Shown here: in pieces, positions 20,395-30,632 of the stretch | Numbering within the stretch: the first letter of the stretch is position 1 | How the letters are laid out: the number at the start of each line of letters is the position of its first letter | Assembly: GCA_004524535.1 (NCBI GenBank) | Contig: SDNY01000018.1 | Coordinates: forward strand, 1 to 40,493 | DNA length: 40,493 nt | Origin: Promethearchaeota archaeon | GTDB taxonomy: Archaea; Asgardarchaeota; Lokiarchaeia; Sigyniarchaeales; SOKP01 | Direction: 5' to 3' | Notes under the pieces: model-generated | Database searches by the model: none | Told to the model about the DNA's origin: nothing | What the model saw: only the letters and a program-made list of their open reading frames with translations | Made by a program: the position numbers and the translations under genes

Positions 20395-21894
20395 ATGAGT
20401 GAAAAGATGAATGTTTTGTTTATTATAACGGATCAGCAACGGGCAGATAGTTTAAGTTGTATGGGAAATCCCGTCTTAAAAACACCTCATATTGATAGTA
20501 TAGCAGAAGGAGGTGTTAAATTCACAAATTATTACTGCAATACACCAATTTGTATGCCAAATAGAGCAAATTTCTTTACAGGAACCTATCCAAGCGTGCA
20601 TGGGACGCGATCAAACGGTATCAATTTAAATCCTAATAGACCCGTAATTTCAGAAATTTTAAGAAAAAGTGGATTTCATACTGTTAGTGTTGGAAAAACA
20701 CATTTTCATTTTTTTAGTCGTCCAACGTCAAGAAAAATAGTTTCATGGGAGAATATAGTCGGATGGTTGCATGGAAACCTTAAAGCTAAAGACTTTCCTA
20801 GCCCTTGGTATGGTTTTAATGAAGTCTATATGACAGCTGGACATGGAGATTTCATGGCAGGTCATTATTCCGAGTGGTTAGAAGAACAGGGATGGAATCA
20901 ACATGAATATGCTTTAGAAAGACCTCTAACTCTGAATGAAAATTACTGTGAAACTGAACTGTCAGAAGAATTATATCCTTCAAGCTATATTACTGATAAA
21001 ACTATTGAATATCTTGAAAGACATGTAAAAGAAGGAAAGAATAATCCGTTCTTCATCCATTGTTCTTACCCCGATCCACACCATCCCGTTTGCCCCCCTG
21101 GAAAATATAGAGATTTATATAAACCAGATGATATTGAGTTACCTTCTAATTTTGATGACGTAAAAAATTTACTAAACCATGAATTTTTAGGACCTCATAT
21201 AAAAGATGCACGTTTCCGGCAGTTATTACCCCAAATAGTGACAAGAGACGAAGCAAAGATATTCACAGCTCTAACCTATGGCTCTATTGCTATGATTGAT
21301 GATGGAGTGGGAAAAATCTTAGCTAAATTAAAAGAATTAGATTTAAATAATGATACAATGGTTATTTTTACTAGCGATCATGGTGATTACGGCGGTGATC
21401 ATGGTTTTCTACTAAAAGGACCTGCACATTATCGAGGCATTATTAATATGCCTTTGTTATGGAGAATTCCAGGAGTAACAGAAACTTCTACCTCAGATTC
21501 TCTAATTAGTACAGTAGATCTACCAAAAACCATTCTTAACTTATTAAAGATTCACCCAAAATTTCATCCTAGGGTATTTCAAGGTTATGATGCTACTCCA
21601 ATTTTGAAAGATCCCTCTGTTAAAATAAGAGATCGAGTACTTATAGAGCATGATGAAGAAATAGCTAAAGATAAAATTATACGCCTCCGAACCTTAGTTA
21701 CTGAAAAGCATAGACTAACAATTTACGATGGGCACGATAATCTTGGCGATATTTTTGATTATAAAAATGATCCAGATGAAGTCAATAACTTATGGAATAC
21801 AGATAAAGAATTAAGGAATAAACTTTGTGAAGAGCTTTTAAGAGAAATCATTAGAGTCCGACCAAGATTTCCTAAAAGAAATGCTTATAATTAA
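20395..21894 (+). CDS. Cys-type (formylglycine) sulfatase
   Basis: NVLFIITDQQRAD, CMPNRANFFTG (CxPxR), GKTH, DPHHP, FTSDHGD..GDHG..LKG. Confidence 0.92.
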   Translation: MSEKMNVLFIITDQQRADSLSCMGNPVLKTPHIDSIAEGGVKFTNYYCNTPICMPNRANFFTGTYPSVHGTRSNGINLNPNRPVISEILRKSGFHTVSVGKTHFHFFSRPTSRKIVSWENIVGWLHGNLKAKDFPSPWYGFNEVYMTAGHGDFMAGHYSEWLEEQGWNQHEYALERPLTLNENYCETELSEELYPSSYITDKTIEYLERHVKEGKNNPFFIHCSYPDPHHPVCPPGKYRDLYKPDDIELPSNFDDVKNLLNHEFLGPHIKDARFRQLLPQIVTRDEAKIFTALTYGSIAMIDDGVGKILAKLKELDLNNDTMVIFTSDHGDYGGDHGFLLKGPAHYRGIINMPLLWRIPGVTETSTSDSLISTVDLPKTILNLLKIHPKFHPRVFQGYDATPILKDPSVKIRDRVLIEHDEEIAKDKIIRLRTLVTEKHRLTIYDGHDNLGDIFDYKNDPDEVNNLWNTDKELRNKLCEELLREIIRVRPRFPKRNAYN

Positions 21895-22231
21895 ATAATA
21901 ATAAAGAGTATAAGAAAAGAGTAAGGAGAAACATTGAAATTACTAAATTGATGCCATAAAATAAAAATACTATAAAAATTTGTTTCTTTTTATTAAATAC
22001 TATCTATTTGAAAAGAGTTTATAAGATTCAAAATTTCTTTTAAAAAATCTCTTCTTTCTTCTGTTTTATTCATTTTATTTATATTAGAAGGATTCTATCT
22101 GAACTTTACACTACTGATAATCACTAAGAGTAATCTTTAAATAATTAATAATCATAATAAACTCAATAAAAAAAAAATACTGCATTAAAAGAGCTTAAAA
22201 AAATAACATAAAAGAGGTATTTTTAAAGAAA

Positions 22232-23320
22232 ATGATTGTAAATGAAGAACATAGAGCAGATTTGATAAAATTGGCTAAAGAATACAAAAATTCTGCGCAA
22301 TCTTATCCGGCAGATGAAAATGGGGAGCCGAAAAAGGCTTACCTTGAATATTTAAGCTTAATGTGGGATCCAGAACTCGTGAAAATAATGCTGGAACTTC
22401 CTATTATGCCTAAATTATTAGCTATAAGAAAATTAGCAAAAACATTAAATATTGATAAAAATAAATTAAAGGCTAAGTTGGAAGAGCCTGCAAAAAGAGG
22501 ATTTGTAGTTAGAGTAGGAAATCTTTATGCTCGTCCTTCTCCTTTACAGATCCATGATATGCCGTTTATTCTTCAAAAGAATCTGGATCGGGAGGATGTT
22601 GTGAAATTTGCTAATTTAAGTAGAGAATATTTTGATGGTGGTTATTATAAAACCTGGGAGACTAGTAGATCCGGGATTCCTCGCACCAGAGTTTTAACAG
22701 TACAAGAAAAAATAGAACCTAGTCAGGAAATTATTCCTATAGAAGCTGTTTATGAAGTAATTGATGGTCAAACAGATATTGCACTTTTTCCTTGTCCTTG
22801 CCGTTCTAGAAGGGAAATCGAGGGAAATAGAAAATGTAAAGGAAAATATCCAATTAATAATTGTATTACTTTTGGAGTTTTTGCCAAAGCATTGTTAGAG
22901 ATGGGAGATCCGGCGATAAAAGCTATAACAAAAGAAGAAGCAAAAAAAATTACAAATGAAGCTAACGAACTTGGGCTTGTTCATATGTCAGATAATAATG
23001 CTCCTAACGCTCATATTCTTTGTCAATGCTGTGAGTGTTGTTGTGGAAATTTAGCTGGATTGACAAGATTAGATAATCCTAGATGTATAGCAAGAGCAAA
23101 TTATATCTCTAGTATTGATGAAGATTTATGTGTTGCGTGTGGAACTTGTATTGAGAGATGCAAGTTTGATGCTATTAAAGTTGAGGAATTTGCACAGATT
23201 AATCCCGATAAGTGTGTGGGGTGTGGACTATGCGCTGTAACATGCCCCGAAAATGCAATTACTATGAAAAGATTTGAAAGAGAAGATATTCCCGCAAGAA
23301 GGGAATGGTCAGAAACATAG
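22232..23320 (+). CDS. 4Fe-4S dicluster domain protein
   Basis: CPCR, CQCCECCC, CVACGTCIERC and CVGCGLCAVTCP. Confidence 0.88.
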   Translation: MIVNEEHRADLIKLAKEYKNSAQSYPADENGEPKKAYLEYLSLMWDPELVKIMLELPIMPKLLAIRKLAKTLNIDKNKLKAKLEEPAKRGFVVRVGNLYARPSPLQIHDMPFILQKNLDREDVVKFANLSREYFDGGYYKTWETSRSGIPRTRVLTVQEKIEPSQEIIPIEAVYEVIDGQTDIALFPCPCRSRREIEGNRKCKGKYPINNCITFGVFAKALLEMGDPAIKAITKEEAKKITNEANELGLVHMSDNNAPNAHILCQCCECCCGNLAGLTRLDNPRCIARANYISSIDEDLCVACGTCIERCKFDAIKVEEFAQINPDKCVGCGLCAVTCPENAITMKRFEREDIPARREWSET

Positions 23321-23408
23321 AATCCGATAAGTTTAAAAAAATATTGAAAAAAATATTATTTAAATCTTACTTAAAATATAACAAAATAAGTAAAAGAGGT
23401 TAAAAAAT

Positions 23409-23921
23409 ATGAAAATATTGGTATGTTATTTTTCCGGAACTGGAAATACTAAAAAGGTGGCTGAATCAATTAAAGAAGGATTAGAAGGGCAAGAAGTGGA
23501 TCTTCAAAAAATAAAAGATGTAGATCCTGCCGAGATTGGTAAATATGATCTTGTTATTTTAGGCTCTGGTATTTATGGAGGAATGGTTAGTAAAAACATT
23601 TTTACAATGATGAAGAAAATTACAGAATTCCCTCCAAAAGTAGCCTTTTTCAACACACATTCGAGTCCAATGAGTTACAGCAAAAAAGCGTACAAGAGAA
23701 TAATAAAAAAGTTCGAAACTGAAGGATCAAAAGTTGTTGGAAATTTCGAATGTATTGGTGAAAATATTGGTGTACCTAAAGAAGTTCAAGAAAATATGTT
23801 GTCTAATTTACCTCCAGAGGAACAAGAAAAACAAAGAAAGCGTTTGGAAGAGATTAAGGGTCGTCCAAACGCAGAAGATCTTGAAAATGCTAAGGAGTTT
23901 GCTAAATCGATTATAGAATAA
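23409..23921 (+). CDS. flavodoxin family protein
   Basis: YFSGTGNTKKVA, LGSGIYGG, RPNAEDLENAKEFA. Confidence 0.9.
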   Translation: MKILVCYFSGTGNTKKVAESIKEGLEGQEVDLQKIKDVDPAEIGKYDLVILGSGIYGGMVSKNIFTMMKKITEFPPKVAFFNTHSSPMSYSKKAYKRIIKKFETEGSKVVGNFECIGENIGVPKEVQENMLSNLPPEEQEKQRKRLEEIKGRPNAEDLENAKEFAKSIIE

Positions 23922-23937
23922 CCTTGGAAATAGAATA

Positions 23938-25080
23938 ATGAAAACAATTAATGAAAAAACAGAAGAAATTTCAATTGAAGAACAGATAAAATCCTTAGCA
24001 AGAGCAGAAGGAGCTGCTTTGGTTGGCATTTGTTCAGCAGATAGTATTAAAGATAAAGAATTTTCAGACTCTAATTATTTATTACCGGGAGCTAAATCAG
24101 TAATAAGCATTGGAGTTAATATGGATGACGAGATTGTTAGAAAATATTTATCCAAAGAAGATTATTTATCTCTATGTGAAGAAGAAGGGCATCTCACTAA
24201 AGATTTACTTAGAATAGGAGAAAAAATTAAGAAATTTTTAGAAGAGAAAGGATTTAAAGCTTATCGATGTCAGGTCAATTTTAACTATCGAAATGTTAAC
24301 ACTTCAGGTAAGGCAGCTATCCCCGCAATTCGAAATCTAATTGAATTAATTAATAAAGAAAAAGATCAAACAACGAAATTAACTCAAAAAGATGAAAAAT
24401 CTCTTATTTTTTTAAAAAAAGCGATACTTCCTGCATTAAAGAATACCCCCATGCATTTAGTTCCCAATTTTTCACATAGGTGTGCTGCAGTAGCTGCAGG
24501 ATTAGGCCGTATAGGTTGGAGTGGAAATGTAATTACGGAAAAATATGGTGCAAGAGTTTTATTCAACTCCATATTAACTGAAGCAGAACTAAAACCAGAT
24601 CCTTCTATGGAAAATAATCCTTGCGTAAACTGTAAACTCTGTGAAAAATCCTGTCAAGGAGGGCTTTTTGCAAGAGATGAATCAGAATCAGTGAAAATCG
24701 CCGATGTAGAGGAAACCATTGCCAAGAGAAATAATTATGCTTATTGCATTGCCATTTGTAGTGGTATGGCAGGTCAGAATAAGTTTAAAGAGTGGTCCAC
24801 TTGGTCTCCATTTCGTTTTGATGATATTGAAAGACTTCCATTAGATGATTCTGTGGTCGATTATGTTAAAAATATGTTTGCTAAAGCTATTGAAAAAGGG
24901 GGCAAAGAAGCTGAAAATGTTCTTAGATTAGTCGAAAACACTTTTCTGGGACGTAATGATAAGCCTCCAGAAGATTTTAGACCGAGCTGTGGGTTTTGTC
25001 AATTGGTATGTGGACCCACAATGCAAGATAAAAAAGAAAGCTATAAATTAATTATAGAATCTGGATGTGTAAATGAATAA
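23938..25080 (+). CDS. QueG / reductive dehalogenase-like Fe-S (probably cobalamin) protein, copy 1
   Basis: GA.LVGI, LLPGAKSVIS, SHR.AAVAAGLGRIGWSG.VIT.KYG, CVNCKLCEKSC, CGFCQLVC. Confidence 0.75.
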   Translation: MKTINEKTEEISIEEQIKSLARAEGAALVGICSADSIKDKEFSDSNYLLPGAKSVISIGVNMDDEIVRKYLSKEDYLSLCEEEGHLTKDLLRIGEKIKKFLEEKGFKAYRCQVNFNYRNVNTSGKAAIPAIRNLIELINKEKDQTTKLTQKDEKSLIFLKKAILPALKNTPMHLVPNFSHRCAAVAAGLGRIGWSGNVITEKYGARVLFNSILTEAELKPDPSMENNPCVNCKLCEKSCQGGLFARDESESVKIADVEETIAKRNNYAYCIAICSGMAGQNKFKEWSTWSPFRFDDIERLPLDDSVVDYVKNMFAKAIEKGGKEAENVLRLVENTFLGRNDKPPEDFRPSCGFCQLVCGPTMQDKKESYKLIIESGCVNE

Positions 25081-25159
25081 AAATCCCAATTAAAAATAAA
25101 TCTAAATTAATTTTTTCCTTATTTTAATTAAAATATACAGAAAGCGAGTCTGAGATAAA

Positions 25160-25984
25160 TTGGATGATTTAGAAAAATATAAGAAAATTGGAAAAGAATT
25201 GATGGATAAATTGAAACTTCTAACTTATCCCGTTGCTGTAAGGTTAGTACCTCCAGATGAAGAAGTTTCTACAAACGCACTTCGACCTCATAAAGTTTTT
25301 GGTTCAGAAGTTCCAGCTTGTTTAACTTATACTTGGTGTAGACGATCCGGATTTTCTTTTTTCTTAAAAGGTGAAGATATTGCATGTAAACCTGCCTCTA
25401 TACGCTATTTTGGTTTAGAAGAAACTTCTAATCCGGATGATGTTTTTATAGCATGGGAAAAGAAGGCAGGATACAAAAGAAATGGAGAAGCAGAGAAAAG
25501 ATCTCGTGAATTAGATGCAGTTTTAAAACCAGGAGAAATTAAAGGGATTATAATTTCCCCTTTAAATCTGACTATTGTTAAACCGCACTTGGTTATGATC
25601 TTCTGTACACCATTAATCCTTTCGCATTTGATTTTAGCCTATTGTTATGATGGAGATCACATTACTAGTCATTTTAATGGAATGGAATCTTCTTGCAAGG
25701 AAGGTATTATTAGAACTTTTAAGACCAAGCAGTGTCAAGTAGTTTCACCTGGTATGGGGGATCGTGTGATGGCAGGAGTTCAAGACAATGAGATGCTCTT
25801 CTCCATTCCGGAGAGTAAAATCGAACTCGTGGTTAATAATCTATTTAAAGCAGGAAGTAAACTTCCAATGCCTGCTTTTGGAATTCCTCATTTAAATGCT
25901 AGTCTTGGTCCAATTTCTATATATGGATCCCCTGTTGAGCCAGGAGTTTGGCCATTATTAAGAAAAAAAATAAAAAAGGAGTGA
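25160..25984 (+). CDS. DUF169 family protein
   Basis: L.L.TYPVAVR, conserved Cys, PL....KP.LV.IFC.P, G.GDR..AGVQDNE. Confidence 0.75.
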   Translation: MDDLEKYKKIGKELMDKLKLLTYPVAVRLVPPDEEVSTNALRPHKVFGSEVPACLTYTWCRRSGFSFFLKGEDIACKPASIRYFGLEETSNPDDVFIAWEKKAGYKRNGEAEKRSRELDAVLKPGEIKGIIISPLNLTIVKPHLVMIFCTPLILSHLILAYCYDGDHITSHFNGMESSCKEGIIRTFKTKQCQVVSPGMGDRVMAGVQDNEMLFSIPESKIELVVNNLFKAGSKLPMPAFGIPHLNASLGPISIYGSPVEPGVWPLLRKKIKKE

Positions 25985-25989
25985 AAAAA

Positions 25990-27117
25990 ATGGATTTAAT
26001 AGAACTTAAAGAAAATATAAAAATAATAGCTCTCGATTCAGGAGCGAATTTATTTGGTGTTGGGAGTCGAGAAAGACTTGAAGGTAATCCTCCTTCTGCT
26101 GATATGGATTATTCTCTTCCTAGAGCTCAGAGTTGTATTATTTGGGCATATCCAAATGATATTGAAGCATTAGAAAATTATTTCTCTAAGAAAGAAAGAT
26201 GGAGCATTAAAGTATTACAAGACTTAGGTTATGCAACTGGTTGGAGAACTGCTCAACAGATTGCTAAGTTTATAGAAGATAATACTGATTATAAGGCTCA
26301 TCCAATAATTCCGAATGGAAAATATAGAGGTGGTATTGGTAGTGCAATGAAAAATGCAGAATCCTTCCCACCGTTCTCACTTCGGTATGGCGCTGTTGCT
26401 GCAGGACTTGGTCATCTTGGATGGTCTGGAAATCTTGTTAGTAAAGAATATGGAGGTTCATTATACTTAGATGGGGTTCTTACAACCGCACCCCTCGAAG
26501 CAGACCCTATGGCAGAAGAAAATAATTGTAATCAATGTAAAATTTGCCAGAAAGTGTGTACTACGGGATATGTAGCCAAGGAAGAACCTGAGGAACGACA
26601 ACCCGTAGTTATTGGAGGAGTAAAGCAAACTTATGGAAAGAGAGGTACATACATGAGATGTGGAGTAGGATGTGCGGGGTTTACTGGATTGTCGGAAGAT
26701 GCAACATGGAGTACATGGACAGCAGACCATACATGCTTAAAAAAGATCCCCGATAAGGATTTAACAAGAGGATACATGCGAAATTTAGTGCAACAATTAA
26801 TGTCTGGAAGGGAAACACCCCGACAATTACGTAAATTTAATCAAAGAATTGCAGCCTCCTTTGCTAAAGTGGGGAAATCAGAAAATGTTGGGCTACGACC
26901 AATTGAAGATACGAACCCTCGCTGTGGAAACTGTAATTTTATTTGTGTCGCGGATCCTAAGAAAAGAGCAGAACTTTATAAAATGTTAAAAACTTCAGGA
27001 ATAATGTATCTCGACGATAAAGGTCGAGAATACGTGAAAAAAATAGATGAAAATGGAAAAGAAATAATATATTATCCTCCAACATGGGAGGAATATAAAA
27101 AAGAAAAGGGGATTTGA
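25990..27117 (+). CDS. QueG / reductive dehalogenase-like Fe-S protein, copy 2
   Basis: ATG at 25990 after GGAGTGA SD; SLRYGAVAAGLGHLGWSGNLVSKEYG, CNQCKICQKVC, CGNCNFIC; shares WSTW with copy 1. Confidence 0.75.
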   Translation: MDLIELKENIKIIALDSGANLFGVGSRERLEGNPPSADMDYSLPRAQSCIIWAYPNDIEALENYFSKKERWSIKVLQDLGYATGWRTAQQIAKFIEDNTDYKAHPIIPNGKYRGGIGSAMKNAESFPPFSLRYGAVAAGLGHLGWSGNLVSKEYGGSLYLDGVLTTAPLEADPMAEENNCNQCKICQKVCTTGYVAKEEPEERQPVVIGGVKQTYGKRGTYMRCGVGCAGFTGLSEDATWSTWTADHTCLKKIPDKDLTRGYMRNLVQQLMSGRETPRQLRKFNQRIAASFAKVGKSENVGLRPIEDTNPRCGNCNFICVADPKKRAELYKMLKTSGIMYLDDKGREYVKKIDENGKEIIYYPPTWEEYKKEKGI

Positions 27118-27124
27118 GAGAAAA

Positions 27125-28411
27125 ATGAAAATGTCAACCGAAATAGCAAATGCGATGATGGGAAATACACCCGCCATAACTTTTGCAGAAGGCACTTGCC
27201 ATATTATACCTGCTTTTGGGAATATGGGCGTTTTAGAATCGGATGAGGGATTATTAATTTTTGATACTCCGATTAGACCAATGGCACGGGGAGCATTTCG
27301 TAAGCTAAGAGAAATCACTGATAAGCCAGTTAAATATATCATTTATTCCCATGGACATATAGATCACGCATATGGATTTGGACCAATCATACAAGAAGCA
27401 GAGGAAAAAAGCTGGGAAATGCCTTTAGTAATAGCGCATGAAAATTGCGTGGAGAGATTTAAAAAATACCGCATGCTGGATAAATATCACGAGTGGTTAA
27501 ATCAACAGCAATTCTCATCTTTAACTAAAGGGAAAGGAAAAATTTTTCCCGCTCATGATGAATTAGAACCAAATATAGTAATTAAAGGAAAAGATGTTTA
27601 TAAATTTAAATTTGGGGATTATGATTGCGAGATATATCACGATTGGGGAGAAACTGACGATGCGATTTGGTTATGGGTTCCAGAAAAAAAAGTAATCTTC
27701 GCAGGAGACCTCATGGTAAGCCACTTTCCAAATGTAGGTAATCCATATAAAGTTCAGAGATATCCAAAACATTGGGCTTTAGCAATGGAAAAAATGATGG
27801 AAAAAAATGCTGAATATTTATTACCCGGACATGGCCTCCTAATAGAAGGAAAAGAAAAAGTCAAAGAAGTATTATCTATTACAGCAGAAGCATTAAATTT
27901 CGTTCATGATGAAGTAGTAAAGAGAATGAATGAAGGCAAATGGTTTGAACAAATTTTTCACGAATTACTTGAGATTTTTCCAGAACATTTGAAAAAGCAC
28001 AAGAATTTACGCCCTCTATATGGTTGCTTCGAATTTGCCATACATGCGGTATACAGAGAATATCATGGATGGTATAACACAGGTAATCCTACGGATCTTT
28101 TCCCAGCAAAATCTCAAGATGTAGCAAAAGAATTTTTGAAAGTTGCGAATGAAGAAAAGTTTTTAGAACAAGCCAAGAAGAATTTAGAAGAAGGTAAATT
28201 ACAACTTGCATTGCATTTGATAGACGTGATAATTAAAGGAACAGATCCCGAGAACTATGAACTCCTATTAGAAGCTTATTCTTTAAAAAGCAATATCTTA
28301 AAAAAATTATCTGACGAACAAACATCTTTTATTGCTTCAAATATAATTGCTAATGGCGCAACAGTTCTAAAACCATTAATTAGAGAATTAAAGAAAAAAG
28401 TAAGAAAATAA
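27125..28411 (+). CDS. alkyl sulfatase-like metallo-beta-lactamase (SdsA1/BDS1 family)
   Basis: YSHGHIDH.YG, GETDD, AGDL....PN.GNP.KVQR, PGHG, Y.GWY..GNPTDL.P dimerisation region. Confidence 0.85.
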   Translation: MKMSTEIANAMMGNTPAITFAEGTCHIIPAFGNMGVLESDEGLLIFDTPIRPMARGAFRKLREITDKPVKYIIYSHGHIDHAYGFGPIIQEAEEKSWEMPLVIAHENCVERFKKYRMLDKYHEWLNQQQFSSLTKGKGKIFPAHDELEPNIVIKGKDVYKFKFGDYDCEIYHDWGETDDAIWLWVPEKKVIFAGDLMVSHFPNVGNPYKVQRYPKHWALAMEKMMEKNAEYLLPGHGLLIEGKEKVKEVLSITAEALNFVHDEVVKRMNEGKWFEQIFHELLEIFPEHLKKHKNLRPLYGCFEFAIHAVYREYHGWYNTGNPTDLFPAKSQDVAKEFLKVANEEKFLEQAKKNLEEGKLQLALHLIDVIIKGTDPENYELLLEAYSLKSNILKKLSDEQTSFIASNIIANGATVLKPLIRELKKKVRK

Positions 28412-28453
28412 AATATTTTTTTTTTTATTTTTAAATAATTTTTTTGTTATAAT

Positions 28454-29260
28454 TTATATTGATGATTCATCTTCTACTTGCTTAATTAATCCCAATAAGT
28501 AAGGAATAGCTAAGAAGGGCAAATATATAAGAGCAATCTCTACAAAAGCGTTATAAAGTATTACCATTAACTCTATTATCGGAGGTGCTCTTCGTAAATT
28601 AGAATAAGTTCCGTCAGGATTTTTTGTACCAATTTCAACCCACCTTTGACCAGATAACCAATATACAAAATACCATGCACACCCTAGAAAAAACATTATA
28701 AGAAACATATACAATCCTCTTTTTCTCGTATCTTTATCTGTTTTGATTAACCAATATATTGCAGGAGAAACAAGCGGAATTATAAGCAATTCCCAGATAG
28801 GAAAGACATCTCTTCGACCTGGAACGTCTCCTCCTATATTCGGAGTATAAATTCCATGACTAAACATAATTAAAGAGATAGTAATCACCACGATCCCCAG
28901 AACCAACACGCTATATTTTCTTGTTTCCTCATTTATATATAAATCTGTTATAAATAATGCCATTATCCCTACTGTAGTTCCTTCAGCAAGCCCTTGAAGT
29001 GGAATAGAAAGCCAAATCGGGATCTCCATCCCAAATAGAAATCTGTGCGGCATTTCTCGAATACCCATCAAATTAATTGCTAATTCAACTGAACTCCAAA
29101 AAAGAAAACTTGTTATATATACACAAAAATAATCTTTTCTCCCTTTCCATTTCCAATCTATAATACAAATACATAAAGCAACAATGGCAAATAATAGTTT
29201 GAAATCGTATTCTTCTCCCCAAAATCCTCCTCGCACAATGAAAATACTTTCAAATAGCAT
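28454..29260 (-). CDS. multi-pass membrane protein of unknown function
   Basis: About 7 hydrophobic segments, 268 aa. Confidence 0.7.
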   Translation of the reverse strand: MLFESIFIVRGGFWGEEYDFKLLFAIVALCICIIDWKWKGRKDYFCVYITSFLFWSSVELAINLMGIREMPHRFLFGMEIPIWLSIPLQGLAEGTTVGIMALFITDLYINEETRKYSVLVLGIVVITISLIMFSHGIYTPNIGGDVPGRRDVFPIWELLIIPLVSPAIYWLIKTDKDTRKRGLYMFLIMFFLGCAWYFVYWLSGQRWVEIGTKNPDGTYSNLRRAPPIIELMVILYNAFVEIALIYLPFLAIPYLLGLIKQVEDESSI

Positions 29261-29356
29261 AATTATTAATAACTAGAGTAAAGATTATAAAAAACTTATT
29301 TAATTTAATCCTTCTTTTATTATCATAAATTAAAACTCATTAAAATAAAGAATTAT

Positions 29357-30547
29357 ATGTCAGATAATTATTCGAAATTTATTGAATTAGAAAAACAGCA
29401 TCACACAAAGCTATACTCTAAACGAGACTACGTTATAATAAAAGGAAAAGGCGCTCTCCTTTATGATGAGAAAGGAAACGAATATATTGACTGTATAGCG
29501 GGGCATGGTGTATTAAATATAGGTCATAGTCATCCAAAATACATTGAGGCAATAAAACAACAAGTTGAAAACTTAGTTATGGTGCCACCGGGATTTGTTG
29601 TTGAAGAAAGAGCCAAATTACTCCAAAAATTAGCAGATATAACTCCAAAAAATTTAACGCAAACTTTTCTTTCAAATAGCGGTACCGAAGCAACTGAAGC
29701 AGCAATTAAATTAGTATTAGCTAGTAATAGAGACAAAAAAAAACCTGAAATAATAGCTTTTAGAAGAAGCTTTCATGGTCGGACATTAGGTTCTTTATCA
29801 ATGACACATAATATAAAATACAGAAAACCCTTTTTATCTTGGTTATCCCCCCACGTAAAATATGCCTCATATGGAGATATAAATTCTGTAAAAGAATTAG
29901 TTAATGAAAATACCTCGGCAATTTTCTGTGAGTTGATTCAAGGAGAAGGAGGGGTGAATCCTGCTCCAGAGGACTTTCCTAAGCAATTAAGAGAGTTATG
30001 TGATGAAAAAGATTTAATTTTTGTGGACGATGAGGTTCAAACTGGATTTGGAAGAACAGGAAAGATGTTCGCATTTGAACACTACGGTGTTGTACCAGAT
30101 GTTATATGTATGGCTAAGGCTCTAGCAGGAGGATTACCAATAGGAGCAACTATTGCTTCCGAAGATTTATATAATAAATTTAACGTAGGAGAACTTAATA
30201 CAACTTTTGGAGGTAATCCCTTAGTATGCGCTGCCGCAAATGCAACTATTGACATTATAATCGAGGAAAATCTCATAGAGAATTCATCAAAACAAGGTAA
30301 TAAAATATTTTCAAATCTACAAGAATTTGCCAAAGATTGTGACATGATACGGGAAATACGAGGTAAAGGTTTAATGATTGGAATTGAATATAGAAAAAGA
30401 GTGAAAGATTTAATAACTCAGGCTGAGAAAAAAGGTGTGTTAATGTTGAATGCAGGATTAACAGTTATTAGATTATTACCTCCATTAGTTATTAATGATA
30501 GTCAAGTAGAAAAAGTTATAGAAGTTCTTCACCACATTTCAGAATAA
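29357..30547 (+). CDS. class III aminotransferase (ArgD/LysJ-like)
   Basis: SNSGTEATEAA, FHGRT.GSLS, E.IQGEGGV, DEVQTGFGRTG, MAKALAGG, TTFGGNP. Confidence 0.9.
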   Translation: MSDNYSKFIELEKQHHTKLYSKRDYVIIKGKGALLYDEKGNEYIDCIAGHGVLNIGHSHPKYIEAIKQQVENLVMVPPGFVVEERAKLLQKLADITPKNLTQTFLSNSGTEATEAAIKLVLASNRDKKKPEIIAFRRSFHGRTLGSLSMTHNIKYRKPFLSWLSPHVKYASYGDINSVKELVNENTSAIFCELIQGEGGVNPAPEDFPKQLRELCDEKDLIFVDDEVQTGFGRTGKMFAFEHYGVVPDVICMAKALAGGLPIGATIASEDLYNKFNVGELNTTFGGNPLVCAAANATIDIIIEENLIENSSKQGNKIFSNLQEFAKDCDMIREIRGKGLMIGIEYRKRVKDLITQAEKKGVLMLNAGLTVIRLLPPLVINDSQVEKVIEVLHHISE

Positions 30548-30632
30548 TCATTTTAACAAATACATAATAAGAGATATTTATTCATAAATAGGCCAAAATT
30601 AATTTTTGAGTTATTTCTAAGGTGTTTTAAAC

